Both the position numbers and the translations under genes were made by a program. A stretch of DNA of 52,983 nt from a virus (taxonomy: Duplodnaviria > Caudoviricetes), in the IMG/VR virus record IMGVR_UViG_3300038379_000080, positions 1 through 52,983 of that record; one strand, written 5' to 3'. Below are positions 36,045-44,265 of the stretch, in pieces. The notes beneath the pieces were generated by a model. The model had not been told where the DNA came from and ran no database searches. It saw only the letters and a program-made list of their open reading frames with translations. Each line of letters starts with the position of its first letter. Position 1 is the stretch's first letter.

Positions 36045-36913
36045 TGAGCGACCTGCTGGCACTATTTCAAGCTCTTGACCAGACAGACGATGTTCGCGAA
36101 CATTATGTTCGTTCCGCGTTTCCCTGGCCGGGAGGCAAGTCAAAATCAATTGAGAATATCACTCCGCACCTTCCATATCGGAACGGGTACGGTGAACCCT
36201 TTGGCGGGTCTGGAGCCATTATGTTGGCTCGTAGGCCGTGCAATCTCGAAGTGTTCAATGATCGCTTCTCAGGAGTCACTTGTTTCTATCGAGTGATCCG
36301 AGACAGGATCAAGATGAACAAGCTCCTTGACAGACTGCAACTTTGCTTGCATTCTCGCGAGGAGTTCATCTGGTGCAAGCAGACATGGAAGGACTGCGAG
36401 GATGAAGTCGAACGTGCTGCCCGTTGGTGGTACATGGTGACTTGCTCCTTTGGGGCACAAGGCCGCAATTTCGGACGGGCAGTTAAAGGTAAGGTTCAGC
36501 AAGGACCAAAGCTGAAGTCTAACCTGAAGCTGTTCCCCGAGTGTCATCTTCGGATGATCAATGTCCAGATAGAAAATCAGGACTGGCGACAGATCCTGAA
36601 TGATTTTGACGATAAGGATTTCGTCTGGTATCTGGACCCACCTTACTATCAAGTGCATAAGGGGATGTACGAATGTGAGATGCCTGACGCAGATCACAGG
36701 GAACTCCTCGAGCGCATCCAAAAACTGAAAGGCTTCGTGGCTATTTCAGGCTATGACAATCCGTTGTATAACCAGTACAAGTGGACACGGAAGCTGCAAT
36801 GGAAGGCTTTCGTGACTGCAACAGCTCAGGCCGAGACTGCTACAAACAACCTCTCGCGAGAGGACATGCAGCGAGGCTATGCTGTCGAGACCCTCTGGAT
36901 CAAGGAAAACTGA
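36041..36913 (+). CDS. DNA adenine methyltransferase (D12/Dam class)
   Basis: WPGGKS, EPFGGSG, FND, YLDPPYY. Confidence 0.92.
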   Translation: MMSDLLALFQALDQTDDVREHYVRSAFPWPGGKSKSIENITPHLPYRNGYGEPFGGSGAIMLARRPCNLEVFNDRFSGVTCFYRVIRDRIKMNKLLDRLQLCLHSREEFIWCKQTWKDCEDEVERAARWWYMVTCSFGAQGRNFGRAVKGKVQQGPKLKSNLKLFPECHLRMINVQIENQDWRQILNDFDDKDFVWYLDPPYYQVHKGMYECEMPDADHRELLERIQKLKGFVAISGYDNPLYNQYKWTRKLQWKAFVTATAQAETATNNLSREDMQRGYAVETLWIKEN

Positions 36914-37392
36914 TGTCCATTGATTATCTCACACGGGCCTACAAGGCTGCTATGAAGTTCAGTACTGATCCGCATACTCAGAACGGGGCAGTTCTTGTTA
37001 CTACACTCGGCACCGTCTTGGAGGATGCAAATCACTTCCCAGAGAACGTACAGGAGTCTCAGGAGCGGTGGACAGCCCCTCTCAAGTACAAGTTCGTCGA
37101 GCATGCTGAGCGAAATGTGATTTTGCAAGCAGCTCGGAAAGGCATCAAGACAGATGGGGCTTGGCTGTTTGTGCCCTGGTTTGCTTGTGCGGACTGTGCG
37201 CGTGCAATCATTCAAGCCGGTATCAGGAACGTAGTAGGGCATGACGCCCCGTTCCATAATCGGCCTGATTGGCAGAACAATATCGATGTAGTCGATCAGA
37301 TGCTCAAGGAAGCCGGAGTTAGTTTCCTTCGCATTGTTCACAAGTTCTCGGATATCGAGATCCTCTTTGACGGAGTAAAGGTTCAGCCATGA
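36913..37392 (+). CDS. dCMP deaminase
   Basis: STDPHTQNGA, HAERN, PWFACADC. Confidence 0.92.
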   Translation: MSIDYLTRAYKAAMKFSTDPHTQNGAVLVTTLGTVLEDANHFPENVQESQERWTAPLKYKFVEHAERNVILQAARKGIKTDGAWLFVPWFACADCARAIIQAGIRNVVGHDAPFHNRPDWQNNIDVVDQMLKEAGVSFLRIVHKFSDIEILFDGVKVQP

Positions 37393-38033
37393 GTAGTGGA
37401 ACCTCACGGATGGGGTTAACCCATCTCAATGGCGACATTCTCTGCGTCATCGACGTAGAAACCTCAGGCCATATTCCCGGCTTCCACGATCTGTTGCAAA
37501 TCTGTATTCTGCCGCTTGATTACAAGCTGGATATGTGGAAGGACTTCGCTCCATTCTACATGGAAATCCAGCCGAAGCGACCAGAGAACTACGGAAAGGC
37601 TACGACGTGGAATGACGAGGAAGTGGCCAAGAAGAATCGCCAGTTGATGGCCCATGCTCAGGTTAACGGCATGGACCCGTATCGGGCGGCGGACTTGTTC
37701 GACGAGTGGTTCGCGAAGCTAGGTCTAGGCTATCGGAAGAAGATAGCCCCGCTTGCACACAACTGGCCTTTTGATCGAGGTTTCGTTATCGACTGGCTGG
37801 GAGAAGAGACATTCATTCAATGTATCGATCCCAGATACCGGGATACAATGGTCGTAGCTACCTTTATGAACGACCAAGCTGATTTCAAGACGGAGCCTTA
37901 CCCCTTCAACAAGGTCAATCTGTCCTGGCTTGCAAAGCAGTACAATATTGATCACAGTCGAGCGCACGATGCTTTGGCTGATTGTTGGGTCACGGCTCAA
38001 GTCTACAAGCGGCTTGTCATGAGCGGCCCGTAA
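37389..38033 (+). CDS. DEDDh 3'-5' exonuclease (DnaQ-like)
   Basis: IDVETSG, AHNWPFD, DT, HDALAD. Confidence 0.9.
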   Translation: MSSGTSRMGLTHLNGDILCVIDVETSGHIPGFHDLLQICILPLDYKLDMWKDFAPFYMEIQPKRPENYGKATTWNDEEVAKKNRQLMAHAQVNGMDPYRAADLFDEWFAKLGLGYRKKIAPLAHNWPFDRGFVIDWLGEETFIQCIDPRYRDTMVVATFMNDQADFKTEPYPFNKVNLSWLAKQYNIDHSRAHDALADCWVTAQVYKRLVMSGP

Positions 38034-38034
38034 C

Positions 38035-38079
38035 AAAGAAACCCGCGTACCGATTTTCGGTACGCGGGTTTCTTTTTTT
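38035..38079. terminator. bidirectional intrinsic terminator
   Basis: AAAGAAACCCGCGTACCGA-TTT-TCGGTACGCGGGTTTCTTTTTTT between convergent genes. Confidence 0.9.
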
Positions 38080-39265
38080 ATAGGTCGATCTCGAAGAACT
38101 CCGCGATCTTCGTTTTTATCCAGTCGAAATGCTCCGCATCTTCCCCTTCTCCAGACTCCGCCGTGACGATTTCACAAACCTCTTCGCCTACCTGCCCGGC
38201 GAACTCATCAACTGAAGCATTCACATCTGGGTTGATCCCATCAATGATGCTGATATGCACCCTGCCAAAGATGCTCTCATCATCATAAATGATAGGATCG
38301 GCGATTTCCATGTTGATGGTTCTGATAATAACCATCTTGTACTTGTGGCATCGCTCAATCCACTCCAGAAACATGTCAGCACTACGGGTAATCAGCCCTT
38401 CCCAAGTGAAGCTCTCTGTAGTAGTCGATGAAGTTTGCCTAAGAACCGGATATCTAGGACCAGTCGGCGGATCAAGCGGATTGATCAACACACCCATAGC
38501 ATGGATCTCGAAGGTAGGCGGGTCGCCCACAGGGATCAACACAGTAGTAACACCCACCCAGCTTTCGTTTTCAGTGAAACCAGTGCCAGTTGCACCGTCA
38601 ACTTCGATGATTGAAAGGCTACTATGGGCAATTAGCAACGCCGTGATAGTGGGAAATACCACGTCGTAGCCCGAAAGGGTTTCTGTGTTACCGGACCCTT
38701 CCATGTGGGAACGATAGAAACCGTAGCTTTCTCGCTCTGACCCTCTGAAGATTTCCAGAATGTCTCCGCCGACAAACTGATCGATTTCAATGACCCCTAC
38801 ATCCTCATCTTCGCCTTGTGGGGGCTGCATTGTTTCGTAATCAGTGATCGGCAGACCCGGATATAGTCCAACACTGGTGGCTTGCGGGTAAGGATTGGCC
38901 ACAACCGTGATCCCATGTTCAATTAGAGTTTCGGCGATTTCGTCGAACATCTCTTTGAACTCGCTGCCATAACCGCGAAGCACAACGGTTTTCGGGACAA
39001 CATGCGGTCTGTGCTTGGACTTGACCCAGACAAATAGATTGTTGTATGTGTCTGGATCAGAGCCATCATCCTGCCAAGCAACAGTCTCAGGCAAATAGGC
39101 AAGAGGGAGCTGCTTGATATTCTTCCCGCCTACTGGGAATCCTGACCAGGTTTTCTCTTCCGGTTCATTATAGACTGTGTGGTCCCCAGCTTCCATAGTT
39201 CCAGACTCTCGCCAGAACTCTGGCATCTGCATGGGACCAGACTTGAGGATTTTAGGCTCCTCCAT
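38078..39265 (-). CDS. acidic hypothetical protein, probably virion-associated
   Basis: Last gene of tail operon; GAGGT RBS. Confidence 0.7.
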   Translation of the reverse strand: MEEPKILKSGPMQMPEFWRESGTMEAGDHTVYNEPEEKTWSGFPVGGKNIKQLPLAYLPETVAWQDDGSDPDTYNNLFVWVKSKHRPHVVPKTVVLRGYGSEFKEMFDEIAETLIEHGITVVANPYPQATSVGLYPGLPITDYETMQPPQGEDEDVGVIEIDQFVGGDILEIFRGSERESYGFYRSHMEGSGNTETLSGYDVVFPTITALLIAHSSLSIIEVDGATGTGFTENESWVGVTTVLIPVGDPPTFEIHAMGVLINPLDPPTGPRYPVLRQTSSTTTESFTWEGLITRSADMFLEWIERCHKYKMVIIRTINMEIADPIIYDDESIFGRVHISIIDGINPDVNASVDEFAGQVGEEVCEIVTAESGEGEDAEHFDWIKTKIAEFFEIDL

Positions 39266-39542
39266 CTCTTACCTCACATTGGTGGCATTGCTTGGGGAAC
39301 ACGTCCATTTCAAATCTGGTACACCACCAGATATGACGTTTTCGTATTCAGCCCGGAGCATTGGTTAGTGGCCGTTCCACTGTTGTCCGATATTTGCAAG
39401 GCTGAAATTCAGGATAGAACCTGTTGCCCTCTTTCTTGAACAGAGGAAGTGCTGAAGGAATCATGCCTGTGGGGTCGAATTCTAGCGACCCGTCATCCAG
39501 CACTCTCGGGAGGACAACGATCGGTACACGATTCGCAGACAC
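39252..39542 (-). CDS. Cys-rich protein with in-frame UGA (candidate selenoprotein, 96 aa)
   Basis: UGA at 39348-39350; readthrough gives IRKRHIWWCTRFEMDVFPKQCHQCEVRDGGA-TAA, matching the paralog Cys pattern. Confidence 0.65.
39310..39336 (-). promoter_or_regulatory. SECIS-like hairpin
   Basis: UCA-U-AUCUGGU-GGUGU-ACCAGAU-U-UGA, beginning 11 nt after the UGA. Confidence 0.55.
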
Positions 39543-39720
39543 TTTGGTTCACCACAATTCCTTTCAGGGCGCATATGTCTCGCCCACAAGAAGATATACC
39601 GTGAAAGAAACAGGGCGGCCATACTCGAATGAACGAGTATGGATCGCCCGGTTCCTGCATGTATCCCGGAGGACAGGGCGGGTAAGGCCCACGCTTCGGG
39701 TACGCGATTCTCAACTTCAC
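39493..39720 (-). CDS. small Cys-rich protein, paralog of 39252..39542
   Basis: PPC...SSCG...IC...V....CESC..R. Confidence 0.7.
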   Translation of the reverse strand: MKLRIAYPKRGPYPPCPPGYMQEPGDPYSFIRVWPPCFFHGISSCGRDICALKGIVVNQSVCESCTDRCPPESAG

Positions 39721-42700
39721 TGCCAGACACCCACGTAGAAGTAGTATTCCGTTACAGGCTCCTCGTTCTCGTCTACGGATTGGATTTCCATAACGACAAC
39801 GCCGGTGCCTTCTTCAATCTCGTCGCCACCCTCATCCTCCTCGTTGATTTGAACAGGGATAGCTCCTGAGACAAAATCAGGCTCAGCATTAAAGCCGCTC
39901 GGCCAAGTCTCCAGATCGTAGCCTTCACTGGAGTTGCCACCCTGAACATAGCCAGGGTAGACCTTAGCCCCACCTGTGGAAATCTGCATATAGTACGTGA
40001 TGTCTGTGGTGCCGTCGTCCAGAGTCTTAAAGACTTCTGTAACCACGACACCAGTGCCGGGATCAATTTGTTGTTCTTTATCGCCAACAAATTGAACATT
40101 GTCAACCACACGAGACGAACCACCGAACCCTTCCTGAAAGATTGAAACCGAGTAGGTAGCATAACCCGCATCCGAGTCAGGCCCTTGCTCGATAACTGTA
40201 CCAGGATAAGAACGCGGTGTAATGGGTGCAGGACGGAAATCATCCCGAGCATCTTGCGCATCGTATTGATACTGCGTTGTGCCAGGCGGCTTGATACCAG
40301 CCCCTTGGACAGCCGTCGCATCCAATCGCTGCAAGATTTCCGGTGCAAGCTGATTAAGGTCAGTTTGCAGCGTATCGTCCACACCCCATGTGTGCGGACG
40401 TGTGGTTGTCTGCACATAGCCGCCGTTACCCGGATCGCCCGAGAACGGATTGGTGTAGTCAGGACTCCCGGCTGGCCCAGGCTCAGGCAACTTGACATTA
40501 TCGTTGAACGATACGTCAGACGTGCCTCGACCTGCACCTTGAACTCGACCTTGCTGGATGTCGTCCTCAGTCGGGAAATAGAATCCGATGGACAAGTCAC
40601 CCATATAGGCGAACATGTACTTCGTCATCTCTCCCGCACGAACAGGAACCCACAGGGTCAAATCAATGGTATAGTCCGCCGAATTCAACTTGGCTTCCTC
40701 TACCACACAGTTGACCGGGCCGTTGGCGATCAACGGATTTGCAAAGTTGACTGTCACAGTATCCAAGGTCTCGATTTTCAACTTCGAGATTGGCACGGTG
40801 ATTTTCAACTTCTTGAACGTGTTAGCTTCTCGGATCATCCAGAAGGTAGCTGCCTTCTGAACGAGCTGTAGCATGTTGAAGCAGAAGAAGCTATACTCCT
40901 TCGGTAACAGCCCATAGTAGGGCACGTTGTACCGAAGGATCACGGCGAAGTTCTTGCTAGTCTTGTAGTCTGCTCGCCAGTGAGCAACATACTTAGTAAC
41001 AAGATCCTCAGTTTCCGTGTATGAAATCTCCATGCTTTGCTCAAGCACATCATCTTCTGTAATAGTATCGACGGGGGGATCTTCCTTCGCCAGATACTTG
41101 ATATAGAAGATGTCGTTCTTTAGCCACACGATGCAACGAGCCTGATACGCGATTTCCGAAATCAGGCTCAAGACGTTTGGACGATCCGTCAATGCAAAGT
41201 GCATAGGGTACGGTTCGAGCAATGTCCTTACAGCATTGAAGCTGGCTGCATCATACGTTCTGCCTGTATAAGTCTGAATGAGCCAGATGAGAATGTCAAC
41301 CGTATTCGGGCCAACAGGACTCGTGCAGCTAATCCAGATTTCGTCGTCCCACCCTTCGCTCTCGCCATTCGGGAAATTCCGAGAGCTAAGAGGCTGAGGC
41401 ATCCAAATCATTGTAACGGGAAGAGTTCCGAAACTGATTTGGAACACAGAGAAGTAGTTGAACGGGACAACGGACAACACGCGACGCTCATTGACTGTGC
41501 GGTACGCAAACACAGCGCTAACTGTGACACGGAGCGTGGCCGACACAATGTAACGAACAGGCAGTGGAGGATTGTTGATCGGGTCCGGATTATCCTCGTC
41601 GTTAGCAATCACGCCCATACGAAGCGGAATACCTGCATCGGCGAAGAAGTAATTCTGACGAGGGATCACCGGCAATCCGGATCGCACAGCGGGATCTTCA
41701 ATGGTCATTCCGCTATACTGCTCGATCTGCGGATGTTGACGAGCAGTGATGTGGAATTGGTCGCCAAGAAAGTAACCTGTATGCAAGGCACCACCAAGAT
41801 TCAGCTTGGTTGATTTCCCTTGTGGAAACAGGTCGCCATTTGTAACCCTGATCGACTTCTTCTCATTTGCCTCTTGCTGATTCTTGACAGTCTTGAGCGT
41901 GTTGTTCTTGTTCCGGATCTTCTGAGCTTCGATGAGCTTCTGGTTGCCTTGCTGGAGATATTGCTTGGCAAGACCGGAGAAGTAACCCTTGCCTCTCTCA
42001 ATACTGTCGAACTCGTCTAGTTCTCCACGCTTACGAGCAGTGAAGCTGGCAAGCAGATAGCCATTGAAATATAACTGAGCAATGGCTGCTGCATTTGCAG
42101 CATTTTTGTCATTGTCGTTGATTCTATGATCAAGAGACGGATCTTTGATTCCCGTTCCATCCTGAGTCACGGAAGCGGCACCGTCACCAGACTTGCCTTG
42201 CTGCTCATTGTCTGAGTAAGCAATATTGTCGATGAGGATGCCCGGCACCTTTTGCACTGTGCCGAAAATCAATGGCCAGGCCGTACCAATCATGCTTTGA
42301 GGCAAGAATGGGAACGAGCCTTCCTCGGGTGAGAAACCGACTTCATGATCCTCTGATGTGGAAATCACGCTGAAGGACAATGTCCGGTCGCCTTCCTTCC
42401 ACACGACAGGGGAAGCAATGTGTCCCACAAACAAGAGGATTTTATCTGTCAGCGGGATGCCAGTGAACCATTGATAGATCCACACCTTTTTCTTGTGGAT
42501 ATCCACGCTGTTGAAGATGATTTTCAATGCACCGTCAGTGTCATCAAGCGTTATATCCACGCTTTGACTTGTACCTGATTTGGAAACATTGATCACGTCT
42601 TCTAGGGCATTAAGTTCAAGGATTCGCCCTTGCATGCCTTCCGTTGCTTTGTCCGAATATGTTGAAATCGGACCACCCTTTTGCCACTGGACTTCAATAA

Positions 42701-42767
42701 TACAAACAGGCTCCGTACCAAGCCGTGTTGCCAGCTTTGCAAGACTGGCCGCCGAGATATTCCTCAT
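39717..42767 (-). CDS. tail tip / hub protein
   Basis: Large gene after TMP; PLIFGTV motif; hub-like layout. Confidence 0.7.
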   Translation of the reverse strand: MRNISAASLAKLATRLGTEPVCIIEVQWQKGGPISTYSDKATEGMQGRILELNALEDVINVSKSGTSQSVDITLDDTDGALKIIFNSVDIHKKKVWIYQWFTGIPLTDKILLFVGHIASPVVWKEGDRTLSFSVISTSEDHEVGFSPEEGSFPFLPQSMIGTAWPLIFGTVQKVPGILIDNIAYSDNEQQGKSGDGAASVTQDGTGIKDPSLDHRINDNDKNAANAAAIAQLYFNGYLLASFTARKRGELDEFDSIERGKGYFSGLAKQYLQQGNQKLIEAQKIRNKNNTLKTVKNQQEANEKKSIRVTNGDLFPQGKSTKLNLGGALHTGYFLGDQFHITARQHPQIEQYSGMTIEDPAVRSGLPVIPRQNYFFADAGIPLRMGVIANDEDNPDPINNPPLPVRYIVSATLRVTVSAVFAYRTVNERRVLSVVPFNYFSVFQISFGTLPVTMIWMPQPLSSRNFPNGESEGWDDEIWISCTSPVGPNTVDILIWLIQTYTGRTYDAASFNAVRTLLEPYPMHFALTDRPNVLSLISEIAYQARCIVWLKNDIFYIKYLAKEDPPVDTITEDDVLEQSMEISYTETEDLVTKYVAHWRADYKTSKNFAVILRYNVPYYGLLPKEYSFFCFNMLQLVQKAATFWMIREANTFKKLKITVPISKLKIETLDTVTVNFANPLIANGPVNCVVEEAKLNSADYTIDLTLWVPVRAGEMTKYMFAYMGDLSIGFYFPTEDDIQQGRVQGAGRGTSDVSFNDNVKLPEPGPAGSPDYTNPFSGDPGNGGYVQTTTRPHTWGVDDTLQTDLNQLAPEILQRLDATAVQGAGIKPPGTTQYQYDAQDARDDFRPAPITPRSYPGTVIEQGPDSDAGYATYSVSIFQEGFGGSSRVVDNVQFVGDKEQQIDPGTGVVVTEVFKTLDDGTTDITYYMQISTGGAKVYPGYVQGGNSSEGYDLETWPSGFNAEPDFVSGAIPVQINEEDEGGDEIEEGTGVVVMEIQSVDENEEPVTEYYFYVGVWQ

Positions 42768-43123
42768 AGCTCCACCTGGAAAGAGAATTTGGCTGTGAAG
42801 TTTTCCAGCCCTGCCTGAGCTAGTTGCTCTGAAGGCGTGGTAATGATTCCTTGAAACACCCGACCATTATAATCGGTGAGTGTCACTTCCTGTCCGAGGA
42901 AGTCTTTGATGAACTCGATAAGAAGAAGCAAATCCAACCTCTTCAAAAACGAGAACTCAAATGTGAATGTTTCCGTCTTCGGCCACTGAGGGTCACGATA
43001 CATAACCAAATCGCCGCCACGATTCTTCCGTTGAATTCGACGGGCTTCGATTACGTCAGTGTCTCCGAAATCAGGATTTCGGAGCGTCACAGTCCGTGTA
43101 CCCTTTGTCAGGGTGAGAGCCAT
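42764..43123 (-). CDS. distal-tail-like protein
   Basis: Position; R..NRGG..., 'GQEVTLTDYNGR.F.G.I'. Confidence 0.55.
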   Translation of the reverse strand: MALTLTKGTRTVTLRNPDFGDTDVIEARRIQRKNRGGDLVMYRDPQWPKTETFTFEFSFLKRLDLLLLIEFIKDFLGQEVTLTDYNGRVFQGIITTPSEQLAQAGLENFTAKFSFQVEL

Positions 43124-43124
43124 G

Positions 43125-43655
43125 TTAGCACTCCGGGGCGTTTGGCCCTGTTAGTGTGGGCAGATTGATTGAATACCGATCCAGAATGTGCATGTACCCA
43201 GTCGCCTTAGATGCCATAGAAAACGTCTGGGTAAGCGTGCGCGTTCTGTTTGCCTTATATGTGGCAGACTGTGTGATTTTCAAGGTACTCTTTGTACCCT
43301 TGCTGCGAGAGACAAACACAGTCTGAACAAGGTTCAGCTTATGCGTGACTACATTGTATCGGACAGTGCGTGCATTTTGCCACATGAAGAAAATATCAAT
43401 GATGCTCTCGACATGGGACTTAGCACCCCGCTGATACATAATGAAGTAGTCAGTCAGCCCGATATTGAAAATCGAGCGACGCAGAGTTACAGCTTGCACC
43501 GGACTGTAAGTTTGGGTAACAAACTGTACATTCAGGTGTGGCCTAGCCTTCTGAGACAGAGGGAGCGCCTGGAAGACATTATGTGCTGTCGGTCGGTGCC
43601 TATCGCTCTGTCCAAGCGGCAGGAAATCTTGCACATCGATTTCAATTACTGCCAT
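43125..43655 (-). CDS. hypothetical tail-associated protein
   Basis: GGAGGG RBS; beta-rich. Confidence 0.6.
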   Translation of the reverse strand: MAVIEIDVQDFLPLGQSDRHRPTAHNVFQALPLSQKARPHLNVQFVTQTYSPVQAVTLRRSIFNIGLTDYFIMYQRGAKSHVESIIDIFFMWQNARTVRYNVVTHKLNLVQTVFVSRSKGTKSTLKITQSATYKANRTRTLTQTFSMASKATGYMHILDRYSINLPTLTGPNAPEC

Positions 43656-43664
43656 GTTCCCTCC

Positions 43665-43705
43665 AAAAAGAAAAGGGCGGGCTGCCTACGGCAACCCGCC
43701 CCTTT
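43665..43705 (-). terminator. intrinsic terminator
   Basis: GGGCGGG stem followed by U-tract on minus strand. Confidence 0.75.
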
Positions 43706-43707
43706 GG

Positions 43708-44262
43708 TTAGGCGTTGATTGTGTAGGTGATCTTGAGCTGATCGCCATTCACAACGGGAACGTCAGCCGAGAACAGAGCGGTAGACCAGAGAATGCCGCT
43801 GGTGCCACCCTTAGTGTTGTTGCTCGTCACGAAGATACCCTTGACAGTACCAGAGCCGGTCATGTCAAAGGTGGCAGGCGTTGCATTCGTGATCGACTGA
43901 GAAGCCGGATTGCCCGGACCCCAGCCAACACGATTGGCCTGCGAGTACGTCGTGAACTCTGTCCAACCCGCGTGAGACGACATCGTGTCTGCCGCAGCCA
44001 GAGCCGAGAAGCCGGTCAGGCTGATCAGACCAATGTACCACGAAGCCGCAGCAATCGGGGTAAGATCAGAAAACATCACGTCGAAGATAGTATTCTTGCC
44101 TTCGTTCGTAATGTCGTTATGAACGTCGTACTCTGCGATGAGCAGACCATTCCGCCAATGCTCGACGTAGTGACGACCGAACATCTGGAACTTCTGATCA
44201 TCGAGGCGGCGGCCCCGCGACACAGCGGGGACCGCCTCATGAGACATGCTGAAGAAATCCAT
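43708..44262 (-). CDS. virion structural protein (tail fiber/collar-like)
   Basis: N.ITNEG, WYIGLI, AADTMSSHAGWTE, GILWS, GDQLKITY. Confidence 0.7.
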   Translation of the reverse strand: MDFFSMSHEAVPAVSRGRRLDDQKFQMFGRHYVEHWRNGLLIAEYDVHNDITNEGKNTIFDVMFSDLTPIAAASWYIGLISLTGFSALAAADTMSSHAGWTEFTTYSQANRVGWGPGNPASQSITNATPATFDMTGSGTVKGIFVTSNNTKGGTSGILWSTALFSADVPVVNGDQLKITYTINA

Positions 44263-44265
44263 CGG

